From contig OZ059899.1 of the NCBI GenBank assembly GCA_964057225.1, positions 9,238,001 to 9,302,000 on the forward strand: 64,000 nt of DNA, written 5' to 3'. The notes beneath the pieces are model-generated. The model worked only from the letters and a program-made list of their open reading frames with translations, was not told the origin of the DNA and did no database searches. Position numbers and translations under genes: made by a program. Shown here piece by piece: positions 32,877-47,753 of the stretch. Origin of the DNA: Auanema rhodensis. Taxonomy: Eukaryota; Animalia; Nematoda. Positions within the stretch are counted from its first letter, which is position 1, and each line of letters opens with the position of its first letter.

Positions 32877-33824
32877 TAACTTTTTTTTATTTCACTTGTC
32901 ATTCATAAAAATCGAATTTATTTTTTTCAATGATTTTTTTTTACAATGTGTCATAAGAATTACACAGTTGAACAAAACGTTTTTTAAGAATTTTCTTTGT
33001 TGTCAACATATATATTTTCCTGGAATTCGAAAGCATTTGGGATGGAAATTAGAAAGAAAAGAACTAGTTTTTCCTACTTTAAAACAAACAATAAGAAATA
33101 AAATGAAAAAGATTGTTAGATATCCAATTTAAACTTATACATTTACTTCGATAAAGAGCCTATTAGATTGAAATTTTATGTCTTACAGTTCTCCAACAGA
33201 ACAGACTGATCCTGATTTTTCTACGATTACATAAAACTCTCGTTTGATATAAAAAAAGGAGAGGAATAACGTTTCCAGGATGTCAAGGATATCGAATCTA
33301 GTGATATTGTAGAAAAATGTAATGTCAGCTCCATAGGTTTTCACCTAACTTCTCTCATCACAATTGTTTTAGTTTTTTTTCTCATAAGAGTTTCTGAAAT
33401 CTTAGGTGAACAAGGCCGTATATAATTTCCTGGAATTCGAAAGCATTTGGGATGGAATTTAGAAAAAAAAGAACTAGTTTTTCCTACTTTAAAACAAACA
33501 ATAAGAAATAAAATGAAAAAGATTGTTAGATATCCAATTTAAACTTATACATTTACTTCGATAAAGAGCCTATTAGTTTGAAATTTTATGTCTTACAGTT
33601 CTCCAACAGAACAGACTGATCCTGATTTTTCTACGATTACATAAAACTCTCGTTTGATATAAAAAAAGGAGAGGAATAACGTTTCCAGGATGTCAAGGAT
33701 ATCGAATCTAGTGATATTGTAGAAAAATGTAATGTCAGCTCCATAGGTTTTCTCCTAATTTCTCTCATCACAATTGTCTTAGTTTTTTTTTCTCATAAGA
33801 GTTTCTGAAATTTTAGTTGAACAA

Positions 33825-33897
33825 GGCCGCGTGGCGCAATGGATAACGCGTCTGCCTACGGAGCAGAAGATTGTAGGTTCGAATCCTGCCGTGGTCG
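33825..33897 (+). tRNA. tRNA-Arg(ACG)
   Basis: Consensus copy. Confidence 0.95.
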
Positions 33898-34795
33898 TAA
33901 ATTTTTTTTATTTCACTTGTCATTCATAAAAATCGAATTTATTTTTTTCAATGATTTTTTTTTGCAATGTGTCATAAGAATTACACAGTTGAACAAAACG
34001 TTTTTTAAGAATTTTCTTTGTTGTCAACATATATATTTTTCCTGGAATTCGAAAGCATTTGGGATGGAAATTAGAAAGAAAAGAACTAGTTTTTCCTACT
34101 TTAAAACAAACAATAAGAAATAAAATGAAAAAGATTGTTAGATATCCAATTTAAACTTATACATTTACTTCGATAAAGAGCCTATTAGATTGAAATTTTA
34201 TGTCTTACAGTTCTCCAACAGAACAGACTGATCCTGATTTCTCTATGATTACATAAAACGATATCGAATCTAGTGATATTGTAGAGAAATGTAATGTCAG
34301 CTTCATAGCTTTTCTCTTGATTTCTCTCGTCACAATTGTCTTAGTTTTTTTCTCATAAGAGTTTCTGAAATCTCAGTTAAACAAGGCCGTATATAATTTC
34401 CTGGAATTCGAAAGCATTTGGGATGGAATTTAGAAAAAAAAGAACTAGTTTTTTCTACTTTAAAACAAACAATAAGAAATAAAATGAAAAAGATTGTTAG
34501 ATATTCAATTTAAACTTATACATTTACTTCGATAAAGAGCCTATTAGTTTGAAATTTTATGTCTTACAGTTCTCCAACAGAACAGACTGATCCTGATTTC
34601 TCTATGATTACATAAAACTCTCGTTTGATATAAAAAAAGGAGAGGAATAACGTTTCCAGGATGTCAAGGATATCGAATCTAGTGATATTGTAGAAAAATG
34701 TAATGTCAGCTCCATAGGTTTTCTCCTAATTTCTCTCATCACAATTGTCTTAGTTTTTTTTTCTCATAAGAGTTTCTGAAATCTCAGTTAAACAA

Positions 34796-34868
34796 GGCCG
34801 CGTGGCGCAATGGATAACGCGTCTGCCTACGGAGCAGAAGATTGTAGGTTCGGATCCTGCCGTGGTCG
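34796..34868 (+). tRNA. tRNA-Arg(ACG), A58G variant (probably impaired)
   Basis: GGTTCGGATCC alters invariant A58/B box. Confidence 0.8.
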
Positions 34869-35404
34869 TAAATTTTTTTTATTTCACTTGTCATTCATAA
34901 AAATCGAATTTATTTTTTTCAATGATTTTTTTTTGCAATGTGTCATAAGAATTACACAGTTGAACAAAACGTTTTTTAAGAATTTTCTTTGTTGTCAACA
35001 TATATATTTTCCTGGAATTCGAAAGCATTTGGGATGGAAATTAGAAAGAAAAGAACTAGTTTTTCCTACTTTGAAACAAACAATAAGAAATAAAATGAAA
35101 AAGATTGTTAGATATCCAATTTAAACTTATACATTTACTTCGATAAAGAGCCTATTAGATTGAAATTTTATGTCTTACAGTTCTCCAACAGAACAGACTG
35201 ATCCTGATTTCTCTATGATTACATAAAACTCCCGTTTGATATAAAAAAAGGAGAGGAATAACGTTTCCAGGATGTCACGGATATCGAATCTAGTGATATT
35301 ATAGAGAAATGTAATGTCAGCTTCATAGCTTTTCTCTTGATTTCTCTCATCACAATTGTCTTAGTTTTTTTCTCATAAGAGTTTCTGAAATCTCAGTTAA
35401 ACAA

Positions 35405-35477
35405 GGCCGCGTGGCGCAATGGATAACGCGTCTGCCTACGGAGCAGAAGATTGTAGGTTCGAATCCTGCCGTGGTCG
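35405..35477 (+). tRNA. tRNA-Arg(ACG)
   Basis: Consensus copy. Confidence 0.95.
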
Positions 35478-36783
35478 TAACTTTTTTTTATTTCACTTGT
35501 CATTCATAAAAATCGAATTTATTTTTTTCAATGATTTTTTTTACAATGTGTCATAAGAATTACACAGTTGAACAAAACGTTTTTTAAGAATTTTCTTTGT
35601 TGTCAACATATATATTTTCCTGGAATTCGAAAGCATTTGGGATGGAAATTAGAAAGAAAAGAACTAGTTTTTCCTACTTTAAAACAAACAATAAGAAATA
35701 AAATGAAAAAGATTGTTAGATATCCAATTTAAACTTATACATTTACTTCGATAAAGAGCCTATTAGATTGAAATTTTATGTCTTACAGTTCTCCAACAGA
35801 ACAGACTGATCCTGATTTTTCTACGATTACATAAAACTCTCGTTTGATATAAAAAAAGGAGAGGAATAACGTTTCCAGGATGTCAAGGATATCGAATCTA
35901 GTGATATTGTAGAAAAATGTAATGTCAGCTCCATAGGTTTTCACCTAACTTCTCTCATCACAATTGTTTTAGTTTTTTTTCTCATAAGAGTTTCTGAAAT
36001 CTTAGGTGAACAAGGCCGTATATAATTTCCTGGAATTCGAAAGCATTTGGGATGGAATTTAGAAAAAAAAGAACTAGTTTTTCCTACTTTAAAACAAACA
36101 ACAAGAAATAAAATGAAAAAGATTGTTAGATATCCAATTTAAACTTATACATTTACTTCGATAAAGAGCCTATTAGATTGAAATTTTATGTCTTACAGTT
36201 CTCCAACAGAACAGACTGATCCTGATTTCTCTATGATTACATAAAACGATATCGAATCTAGTGATATTGTAGAGAAATGTAATGTCAGCTTCATAGCTTT
36301 TCTCTTGATTTCTCTCGTCACAATTGTCTTAGTTTTTTTCTCATAAGAGTTTCTGAAATCTCAGTTAAACAAGGCCGTATATAATTTCCTGGAATTCGAA
36401 AGCATTTGGGATGGAATTTAGAAAAAAAAGAACTAGTTTTTCCTACTTTAAAACAAACAATAAGAAATAAAATGAAAAAGATTGTTAGATATTCAATTTA
36501 AACTTATACATTTACTTCGATAAAGAGCCTATTAGTTTGAAATTTTATGTCTTACAGTTCTCCAACAGAACAGACTGATCCTGATTTCTCTATGATTACA
36601 TAAAACTCTCGTTTGATATAAAAAAAGGAGAGGAATAACGTTTCCAGGATGTCAAGGATATCGAATCTAGTGATATTGTAGAAAAATGTAATGTCAGCTC
36701 CATAGGTTTTCTCCTAATTTCTCTCATCACAATTGTCTTAGTTTTTTTTTCTCATAAGAGTTTCTGAAATCTTAGTTGAACAA

Positions 36784-36856
36784 TGCCGCGTGGCGCAATG
36801 GATAACGCGTCTGCCTACGGAGCAGAAGATTGTAGGTTCGAATCCTGCCGTGGTCG
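36784..36856 (+). tRNA. tRNA-Arg(ACG), G1T variant
   Basis: Starts TGCCGCG, breaks 1:72 pair. Confidence 0.85.
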
Positions 36857-37752
36857 TAAATTTTTTTAATTTCACTTGTCATTCATAAAAATCGAATTTA
36901 TTTTTTTCAATGATTTTTTTTTGCAATGTGTCATAAGAATTACACAGTTGAACAAAACGTTTTTTAAGAATTTTCTTTGTTGTCAACATATATATTTTCC
37001 TGGAATTCGAAAGCATTTGGGATGGAAATTAGAAAGAAAAGAACTAGTTTTTCCTACTTTAAAACAAACAATAAGAAATAAAATAAAAAAGATTGTTAGA
37101 TATCCAATTTAAACTTATACATTTACTACGATAAAGAGCCTATTAGATTGAAATTTTATGTCTTACAGTTCTCCAACAGAACAGACTGATCCTGATTTCT
37201 CTATGATTACATAAAACGATATCGAATCTAGTGATATTGTAGAGAAATGTAATGTCAGCTTCATAGCTTTTCTCTTGATTTCTCTCATCACAATTGTCTT
37301 AGTTTTTTCTCATAAGAGTTTCTGAAATCTCAGTTAAACAAGGCCGTATATAATTTCCTGGAATTCGAAAGCATTTGGGATGGAATTTAGAAAAAAAAGA
37401 ACTAGTTTTTCCTACTTTAAAACAAACAATAAAAAATAAAATGAAAAAGATTGTTAGATATTCAATTTAAACTTATACATTTACTTCGATAAAGAGCCTA
37501 TTAGTTTGAAATTTTATGTCTTACAGTTCTCCAACAGAACAGACTGATCCTGATTTTTCTACGATTACATAAAACTCTCGTTTGATATAAAAAAAGGAGA
37601 GGAATAACGTTTCCAGGATGTCAAGGATATCGAATCTAGTGATATTGTAGAAAAATGTAATGTCAGCTCCATAGGTTTTCTCCTAATTTCTCTCATCACA
37701 ATTGTCTTAGTTTTTTTTTCTCATAAGAGTTTCTGAAATCTTAGTTGAACAA

Positions 37753-37825
37753 GGCCGCGTGGCGCAATGGATAACGCTTCTGCCTACGGAGCAGAAGATT
37801 GTAGGTTCGAATCCTGCCGTGGTCG
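37753..37825 (+). tRNA. tRNA-Arg(ACG), G26T variant
   Basis: AACGCTTCTGCC. Confidence 0.9.
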
Positions 37826-38722
37826 TAAATTTTTTTTATTTCACTTGTCATTCATAAAAATCGAATTTATTTTTTTCAATGATTTTTTTTTGCAATGTGT
37901 CATAAGAATTACACAGTTGAACAAAACGTTTTTTAAGAATTTTCTTTGTTGTCAACATATATATTTTCCTGGAATTCGAAAGCATTTGGGATGGAAATTA
38001 GAAAGAAAAGAACTAGTTTTTCCTACTTTAAAACAAACAATAAGAAATAAAATGAAAAAGATTGTTAGATATCCAATTTAAACTTATACATTTACTTCGA
38101 TAAAGAGCCTATTAGATTGAAATTTTATGTCTTACAGTTCTCCAACAGAACAGACTGATCCTGATTTCTCTATGATTACATAAAACGATATCGAATCTAG
38201 TGATATTGTAGAGAAATGTAATGTCAGCTTCATAGCTTTTCTCTTGATTTCTCTCATCACAATTGTCTTAGTTTTTTTCTCATAAGAGTTTCTGAAATCT
38301 CAGTTAAACAAGGCCGTATAAAATTTCCTGTAATTCGAAAGCATTTGGGATGGAATTTAGAAAGAAAAGAACTAGTTTTTCCTACTTTAAAACAAACAAT
38401 AAAAAATAAAATGAAAAAGATTGTTAGATATCCAATTTAAACTTATACATTTACTTCGATGAAGAGCCTGTTAGTTTGAAATTTTATGTCTTACAGTTCT
38501 CCAACAGAACAGACTGATCCTGATTTTTCTACGATTACATAAAACTCTCGTTTGATATAAAAAAAAGAGAGGAATAACGTTTCCAGGATGTCAAGGATAT
38601 CGAATCTAGTGATATTGTAGAAAAATGTAATGTCAGCTCCATAGGTTTTCTCCTAATTTCTCTCATCACAATTGTCTTAGTTTTTTTTTCTCATAAGAGT
38701 TTCTGAAATCTTAGTTGAACAA

Positions 38723-38795
38723 GGCCGCGTGGCGCAATGGATAACGCGTCTGCCTACGGAGCAGAAGATTGTAGGTTCGAATCCTGCCGTGGTCG
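38723..38795 (+). tRNA. tRNA-Arg(ACG)
   Basis: Consensus copy. Confidence 0.95.
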
Positions 38796-39332
38796 TAAAT
38801 TTTTTTCATTTCACTTGTCATTCATAAAAATCGAATTTATTTTTTTCAATAATTTTTTTTTGCAATGTGTCATAAAAATTACACAGTTGAACAAAACGTT
38901 TTTCAAGTATTTTCTTTGTTGTCAACATATATATTTTCCTGGAATTCGAAAGCATTTGGGATGGAAATTAGAAAGAAAATAACTAGTTTTTCCTACTTTA
39001 AAACAAACAATAAGAAATAAAATGAAAAAGATTGTTAGATATCCAATTTAAACTTATACATTTACTTCGATAAAAAGCCTGTTAGTTTGAAATTTTATGT
39101 CTTACAGTTCTCCAACAGAACAGACTGATCCTGATTTTTCTACGATTACATAAAACTCTCGTTTGATATAAAAAAAAGAGAGGAATAACGTTTCCAGGAT
39201 GTCAAGGATATCGAATCTAGTGATATTGTAGAGAAATGTAATGTCAGCTCCATAGGTTTTCTCCTAATTTCTCTCATCACAATTGTCTTAGTTTTTTTTC
39301 TCATAAGAGTTTCTGAAATCTTAGGTGAACAA

Positions 39333-39405
39333 GGCCGCGTGGCGCAATGGATAACGCGTCTGCCTACGGAGCAGAAGATTGTAGGTTCGAATCCTGCCGT
39401 GGTCG
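39333..39405 (+). tRNA. tRNA-Arg(ACG)
   Basis: Consensus copy. Confidence 0.95.
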
Positions 39406-39941
39406 TAAATTTTTTTTATTTCACTTGTCATTCATAAAAATTGAATTTATTTTTTTCAATGATTTTTTTTTGCAATGTGTCATAAGAATTACACAGTTGA
39501 ACAAAACGTTTTTTAAGAATTTTCTTTGTTGTCAACATATATATTTTCCCGGAATTCTAAAGCATTTGGGATGGAAATTAGAAAGAAAAGAACTAGTTTT
39601 TCCTACTTTAAAACAAACAATAAGAAATAAAATGAAAAAGATTGTTAGATATCCAATTTAAACTTATACATTTACTTCGATGAAGAGCCTATTAGATTGA
39701 AATTTTATGTCTTACAGTTCTCCAACAGAACAGACTGATCCTGATTTCTCTATGATTACATAAAACTCCCGTTTGATATAAAAAAAGGAGAGGAATAACG
39801 TTTCCAGGATGTCAAGGATATCGAATCTAGTGATATTGTAGAGAAATGTAATGTCAGCTTCATAGCTTTTCTCTTGATTTCTCTCATCACAATTGTCTTA
39901 GTTTTTTTCTCATAAGAGTTTCTGAAATCTCAGTTAAACAA

Positions 39942-40014
39942 GGCCGCGTGGCGCAATGGATAACGCGTCTGCCTACGGAGCAGAAGATTGTAGGTTCGAA
40001 TCCTGCCGTGGTCG
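39942..40014 (+). tRNA. tRNA-Arg(ACG)
   Basis: Consensus copy; terminator TTTTCTTT. Confidence 0.95.
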
Positions 40015-41516
40015 TAAATTTTCTTTATTTCACTTGTCATTCATAAAAATCGAATTTATTTTTTTCAACGACTATTTTTGCAATGTGTCATAAGAATTTC
40101 ACAGTTTAACAAAACGTTTTTTAAGAAGTTTTTTTGTTGTCAACATATATATTTTGCTGGAATTCGAAAGCATTTGGGATGGAAATTAAAAAGAAAAGAA
40201 CTAGTTTTTCCTACTTTAAAACAAACAATAAGAAATAAAATGAAAAAAATTGTTAGATATCCAATTTAAACTTATACATTTACTTCGATAAAGAGCCTAT
40301 TAGATTGAAATTTTATGTCTTACAGTTCTCCAACAGAACAGACTGATCCTGATTTCTCTATGATTACATAAAACTCCCGTTTGATATATAAAAAGGAGAG
40401 GAATAACGTTTCCAGGATGTCAAGGATATCGAATCTAGTGATATTGTAGAGAAATGTAATGTCAGCTCCATAGGTTTTCTCTTAATTTCTCTCATCACAA
40501 TTGTCTTAGTTTTTTTCTCATAAGAGTTTCTGAAATCTTAGGTGAACAAGGCCGTATATAATTTCCTGTAATTCGAAAGCATTTGGGATGGAATTTAGAA
40601 AGAAACGAACTAGTTTTTCCCACTTTAAAACAAACAATAAGAAATAAAATGAAAAAGATTGTTAGATATCCAATTTAAACTTATACATTTACTTCGATAA
40701 AGAGCCTATTAGATTGAAATTTTATGTCTTACAGTTCTCCAACAGAAGAGACTGATCCTGATTTTTCTACGATTACATAAAACTCTCGTTTGATATAAAA
40801 AAAGGAGAGGAATAACGTTTCCAGGATGTCAAGGATATCGAATCTAGTGATATTGTAGAGAAATGTAATGTCAGCTCCATAGGTTTTCTCTTAATTTCTC
40901 TCATCACAATTGTCTTAGTTTTTTTCTCATAAGAGTTTCTGAAATCTTAGGTGAACAAGGCCGTATATAATTTCCTGTAATTCGAAAGCATTTAGGATGG
41001 AATTTAGAAAGAAAAGAACTAGTTTTTCCTACTTTAAAACAAACAATAAGAAATAAAATGAAAAAGATTGTTAGATATCCAATTTAAACTTATACATTTA
41101 CTTCGATAAAGAGCCTATTAGATTGAAATTTTATGTCTTACAGTTCTCCAACAGAACAGACTGATCCTGATTTTTCCTACTTTAAAACAAACAATAAGAA
41201 ATAAAATGAAAAAGATTGTTAGATATCCAATTTAAACTTATACATTTACTTCGATAAAGAGCCTATTAGTTTGAAATTTTATGTCTTACAGTTCTCCAAC
41301 AGAACAGACTGATCCTGATTTTTCTACGATTACATAAAACTCTCGTTTGATATAAAAAAAGGAGAGGAATAACGTTTCCAGGATGTCAAGGATATCGAAT
41401 CTAGTGATATTGTAGAAAAATGTAATGTCAGCTCCATAGGTTTTCACCTAACTTCTCTCATCACAATTGTTTTAGTTTTTTTTCTCATAAGAGTTTCTGA
41501 AATCTTAGGTGAACAA

Positions 41517-41589
41517 GGCCGCGTGGCGCAATGGATAACGCGTCTGCCTACGGAGCAGAAGATTGTAGGTTCGAATCCTGCCGTGGTCG
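41517..41589 (+). tRNA. tRNA-Arg(ACG)
   Basis: Consensus copy. Confidence 0.95.
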
Positions 41590-42844
41590 TAAATTTTTTT
41601 TATTTCACTTGTCATTCATAAAAATCGAATTTATTTTTTTCAATGATTTTTTTTTGCAATGTGTCATAAGAATTACACAGTTGAACAAAACGTTTTTTAA
41701 GAATTTTCTTTGTTGTCAACATATATATTTTCCTGGAATTCGAAAGCATTTGGGATGGAAATTAGAAAGAAAAGAACTAGTTTTTCCTTCTTTAAAACAA
41801 ACAATAAGAAATAAAATGAAAAAGATTGTTAGATATCCAATTTAAACTTATACATTTACTTCGATAAAGAGCCTATTAGATTGAAATTTTATGTCTTACA
41901 GTTCTCCAACAGAACAGACTGATCCTGATTTCTCTATGATTACATAAAATGATATCGAATCTAGTGATATTGTAGAGAAATGTAATGTCAGCTTCATAGC
42001 TTTTCTCTTGATTTCTCTCATCACAATTGTCTTAGTTTTTCTCTCATAAGAGTTTCTGAAATCTCAGTTAAACAAGGCCGTATAAAATTTCCTGTAATTC
42101 GAAAGCATTTGGGATGGAATTTAGAAAGAAAAGAACTAGTTTTTCCTACTTTAAAACAAACAATAAGAAATAAAATGAAAAAGATTGTTAGATATCCAAT
42201 TTAAACTTATACATTTACTTCGATGAAGAGCCTGTTAGATTGAAATTTTATGTCTAACAGTTCTCCAACAGAACAGACTGATCCTGATTTCTCTATGATT
42301 ACATAAAACGATATCGAATCTAGTGATATTGTAGAGAAATGTAATGTCAGCTTCATAGCTTTTCTCTTGACTTCTCTCATCACAATTGTCTTAGTTTTTT
42401 TCTCATAAGAGTTTCTGAAATCTCAGTTAAACAAGGCCGTATATAATTTCCTGGAATTCGAAAGCATTTGGGATGGAATTTAGAAAAAAAAAACTAGTTT
42501 TTCCTACTTTAAAACAAACAGTAAGAAATAAAATGAAAAAGATTAATAGATATCCAATTTAAACTTATACATTTACTTCGATAAAGAGCCTATTAGTTTG
42601 AAATTTTATGTCTTACAGTTCTCCAACAGAACAGACTGATCCTGATTTTTCTACGATTACATAAAACTCTCGTTTGATATAAAAAAAGGAGAGGAATAAC
42701 GTTTCCAGGATGTCAAGGATATCGAATCTAGTGATATTGTAGAAAAATGTAATGTCAGCTCCATAGGTTTTCTCCTAATTTCTCTCATCACAAATGTCTT
42801 AGTTTTTTTTTCTCATAAGAGTTTCTGAAATCTTAGTTGAACAA

Positions 42845-42917
42845 GGCCGCGTGGCGCAATGGATAACGCGTCTGCCTACGGAGCAGAAGATTGTAGGTTC
42901 GAATCCTGCCGTGGTCG
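42845..42917 (+). tRNA. tRNA-Arg(ACG)
   Basis: Consensus copy. Confidence 0.95.
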
Positions 42918-44223
42918 TAAATTTTTTTTATTTCACTTGTCATTCATAAAAATCGAATTTATTTTTTTCAATGATTTTTTTTTGCAATGTGTCATAAGAA
43001 TTACACAGTTGAACAAAACGTTTTTTAAGAATTTTCTTTGTTGTCAACATATATATTTTCCTGGAATTCGAAAGCATTTGGGATGGAAATTAGAAAGAAA
43101 AGAACTAGTTTTTCCTTCTTTAAAACAAACAATAAGAAATAAAATGAAAAAGATTGTTAGATATCCAATTTAAACTTATACATTTACTTCGATAAAGAGC
43201 CTATTAGATTGAAATTTTATGTCTAACAGTTCTCCAACAGAACAGACTGATCCTGATTTCTCTATGATTACATAAAACGATATCGAATCTAGTGATATTG
43301 TAGAGAAATGTAATGTCAGCTTCATAGCTTTTCTCTTGACTTCTCTCATCACAATTGTCTTAGTTTTTTTCTCATAAGAGTTTCTGAAATCTCAGTTAAA
43401 CAAGGCCGTATAAAATTTCCTGTAATTCGAAAGCATTTGGGATGGAATTTAGAAAGAAAAGAACTATTTTTTCCTACTTTAAAACAAACAATAAGAAATA
43501 AAATGAAAAAGATTGTTAGATATCCAATTTAAACTTATACATTTACTTCGATGAAGAGCCTGTTAGATTGAAATTTTATGTCTTACAGTTCTGCAACAGA
43601 ACAGACTGATCCTGATTTCTCTATGATTACATAAAACTCCCGTTTGATATATAAAAAGGAGAGGAATAACGTTTCCAGGATGTCAAGGATATCGAATCTA
43701 GTGATATTGTAAAGAAATGTAATGTCAGCTCCATAGGTTTTCTCTTAATTTCTCTCATCACAATTGTCTTAGTTTTTTTCTCATAAGAGTTTCTGAAATC
43801 TTAGGTGAACAAGGCCGTATATAATTTCCTGTAATTCGAAAGCATTTGGGATGGAATTTAGAAAGAAACGAACTAGTTTTTCCCACTTTAAAACAAACAA
43901 TAAGAAATAAAATGAAAAAGATTGTTAGATATCCAATTTAAACTTATACATTTACTTCGATAAAGAGCCTATTAGATTGAAATTTTATGTCTTACAGTTC
44001 TCCAACAGAACAGACTGATCCTGATTTTTCTACGATTACATAAAACTCTCGTTTGATATAAAAAAAGGAGAGGAATAACGTTTCCAGGATGTCAAGGATA
44101 TCGAATCTAGTGATATTGTAGAAAAATGTAATGTCAGCTCCATAGGTTTTCTCTTAATTTCTCTCATCACAATATTCTTAGTTTTTTTTTCCCATAAGAG
44201 TTTCTGAAATCTTAGGTGAACAA

Positions 44224-44296
44224 GGCCGCGTGGCGCAATGGATAACGCGTCTGCCTACGGAGCAGAAGATTGTAGGTTCGAATCCTGCCGTGGTCG
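44224..44296 (+). tRNA. tRNA-Arg(ACG)
   Basis: Consensus copy. Confidence 0.95.
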
Positions 44297-44833
44297 TAAC
44301 TTTTTTTTATTTCACTTGTCATTCATAAAAATCGAATTTATTTTTTTCAATGATTTTTTTTTGCAATGTGTCATAAGAATTACACAGTTGAACAAAACGT
44401 TTTTTAAGAATTTTCTTTGTTGTCAACATATATATTTTCCTGGAATTCGAAAGCATTTGGGATGGAAATTAGAAAGAAAAGAACTAGTTTTTCCTACTTT
44501 AAAAAAAACAATAAGAAATAAAATGAAAAAGATTGTTAGATATCCAATTTAAACTTATACATTTACTTCGATAAAGAGCCTATTAGATTGAAATTTTATG
44601 TCTTACAGTTCTCCAACAGAACAGACTGATCCTGATTTCTCTATGATTACATAAAACTCTCGTTTGATATGAAAAAAGGAGAGGAATAACGTTTCCAGGA
44701 TGTCAAGGATATCGAATCTAGTGATATTGTAGAAAAATGTAATGTCAGCTCCATAGGTTTTCTCCTAATTTCTCTCATCACAATTGTCTTAGTTTTTTTT
44801 CTCATAAGAGTTTCTGAAATCTTAGTTGAACAA

Positions 44834-44906
44834 GGCCGCGTGGCGCAATGGATAACGCGTCTGCCTACGGAGCAGAAGATTGTAGGTTCGAATCCTGCCG
44901 TGGTCG
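44834..44906 (+). tRNA. tRNA-Arg(ACG)
   Basis: Consensus copy. Confidence 0.95.
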
Positions 44907-45443
44907 TAACTTTTTTTTATTTCACTTGTCATTCATAAAAATCGAATTTATTTTTTTCAATGATTTTTTTTTGCAATGTGTCATAAGAATTACACAGTTG
45001 AACAAAACGTTTTTTAAGAATTTTCTTTGTTGTCAACATATATATTTTCCTGGAATTCGAAAGCATTTGGGATGGAAATTAGAAAGAAAAGAACTAGTTT
45101 TTCCTACTTTAAAAAAAACAATAAGAAATAAAATGAAAAAGATTGTTAGATATCCAATTTAAACTTATACATTTACTTCGATAAAGAGCCTATTAGATTG
45201 AAATTTTATGTCTTACAGTTCTCCAACAGAACAGACTGATTCTGATTTCTCTATGATTACATAAAACTCCCGTTTGATATAAAAAAAGGAGAGGAATAAC
45301 GTTTCCAGGATGTCAAGGATATCGAATCTAGTGATATTGTAGAGAAATGTAATGTCAGCTCCATAGGTTTTCTCCTAATTTCTCTCATCACAATTGTCTT
45401 AGTTTTTTTTCTCATGAGAGTTTCTGAAATCTTAGGTGAACAA

Positions 45444-45516
45444 GGCCGCGTGGCGCAATGGATAACGCGTCTGCCTACGGAGCAGAAGATTGTAGGTTCG
45501 AATCCTGCCGTGGTCG
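45444..45516 (+). tRNA. tRNA-Arg(ACG)
   Basis: Consensus copy. Confidence 0.95.
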
Positions 45517-46051
45517 TAAATTTTTTTTATTTCACTTGTCATTCATAAAAATCGAATTTATTTTTTTCAATGATTTTTTTTGCAATGTGTCATAAGAATT
45601 ACACAGTTGAACAAAACGTTTTTTAAGAATTTTCTTTGTTGTCAACATATATATTTTCCTGGAATTCTAAAGCATTTGGGATGGAAATTAGAAAGAAAAG
45701 AACTAGTTTTTCCTACTTTAAAACAAACAATAAGAAATAAAATGAAAAAGATTGTTAGATATCCAATTTAAACTTATACATTTACTTCGATAAAGAGCCT
45801 ATTAGATTGAAATTTTATGTCTTACAGTTCTCCAACAGAACAGACTGATCCTGATTTCTCTATGATTACATAAAACTCCCGTTTGATATAAAAAAAGGAG
45901 AGGAATAACGTTTCCAGGATGTCAAGGATATCGAATCTAGTGATATCGTAGAGAAATGTAATGTCAGCTTCATAGCTTTTCTCTTGATTTCTCTCATCAC
46001 AATTTTCTTAGTTTTTTTCTCATAAGAGTTTCTGAAATCTCAGTTAAACAA

Positions 46052-46124
46052 GGCCGCGTGGCGCAATGGATAACGCGTCTGCCTACGGAGCAGAAGATTG
46101 TAGGTTCGAATCCTGCCGTGGTCG
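46052..46124 (+). tRNA. tRNA-Arg(ACG)
   Basis: Consensus copy. Confidence 0.95.
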
Positions 46125-47070
46125 TAAATTTTTTTTATTTCACTTGTCATTCATAAAAATCGAATTTATTTTTTTCAACGACTATTTTTGCAATGTGTCA
46201 TAAGAATTTCACAGTTTAACAAAACGTTTTTTAAGAAGTTTTTTTGTTGTCAACATATATATTTTGCTGGAATTCGAAAGCATTTGGGATGGAAATTAGA
46301 AAGAAAAGAACTAGTTTTTCCTACTTTAAAACAAACAATAAGAAATAAAATGACAAAGATTGTTAGATATCCAATTTAAACTTATACATTTACTTCGATA
46401 AAGAGCCTATTAGATTAAAATTTTATGTCTTACAGTTCTCCAACAGAACAGACTGATCCTGATTTTTCTACGATTACATAAAACTCTCGTTTGATATGAA
46501 AAAAGGAGAGGAATAACGTTTCCAGGATGTCAAGGATATCGAATCTAGTGATATTGTAGAGAAATGTAATGTCAGCTCCATAGGTTTTCTCTTAATTTCT
46601 CTCATCACAATTGTCTTAGTTTTTTTCTCATAAGAGTTTCTGAAATCTTAGGTGAACAAGGCCGTATATAATTTCCTGTATTTCGAAAGCATTTGGGATG
46701 GAATTTAGAAAGAAAAGAACTAGTTTTTCCTACTTTAAAACAAACAATAAGAAATAAAATGAAAAAGATTGTTAGATATCCAATTTAAACTTATACATTT
46801 ACTTCGATAAAGAGCCTATTAGATTGAAATTTTATGTCTTACAGTTCTCCAACAGAACAGACTGATCCTGATTTTTCTACGATTACATAAAACTCTCGTT
46901 TGATATAAAAAAAGGAGAGGAATAACGTTTCCAGGATGTCAAGGATATCGAATCTAGTGATATTGTAGAAAAATGTAATGTCAGCTCCATAGGTTTTCTC
47001 TTAATTTCTCTCATCACAATATTCTTAGTTTTTTTTTCCCATAAGAGTTTCTGAAATCTTAGGTGAACAA

Positions 47071-47143
47071 GGCCGCGTGGCGCAATGGATAACGCGTCTG
47101 CCTACGGAGCAGAAGATTGTAGGTTCGAATCCTGCCGTGGTCG
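47071..47143 (+). tRNA. tRNA-Arg(ACG)
   Basis: Consensus copy. Confidence 0.95.
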
Positions 47144-47680
47144 TAAATTTTTTTTATTTCACTTGTCATTCATAAAAATCGAATTTATTTTTTTCAATGA
47201 TTTTTTTTTGCAATGTGTCATAAGAATTACACAGTTGAACAAAACGTTTTTTAAGAATTTTCTTTGTTGTCAACATATATATTTTCCTGGAATTCGAAAG
47301 CATTTGGGATGGAAATTAGAAAGAAAAGAACTAGTTTTTCCTACTTTAAAAAAAACAATAAGAAATAAAATGAAAAAGATTGTTAGATATCCAATTTAAA
47401 CTTATACATTTACTTCGATAAAGAGCCTATTAGATTGAAATTTTATGTCTTACAGTTCTCCAACAGAACAGACTGATCCTGATTTCTCTATGATTACATA
47501 AAACTCTCGTTTGATATGAAAAAAGGAGAGGAATAACGTTTCCAGGATGTCAAGGATATCGAATCTAGTGATATTGTAGAAAAATGTAATGTCAGCTCCA
47601 TAGGTTTTCTCCTAATTTCTCTCATCACAATTGTCTTAGTTTTTTTTCTCATAAGAGTTTCTGAAATCTTAGTTGAACAA

Positions 47681-47753
47681 GGCCGCGTGGCGCAATGGAT
47701 AACGCGTCTGCCTACGGAGCAGAATATTGTAGGTTCGAATCCTGCCGTGGTCG
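47681..47753 (+). tRNA. tRNA-Arg(ACG), G45T variant
   Basis: Variable loop ATATT instead of AGATT. Confidence 0.92.
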
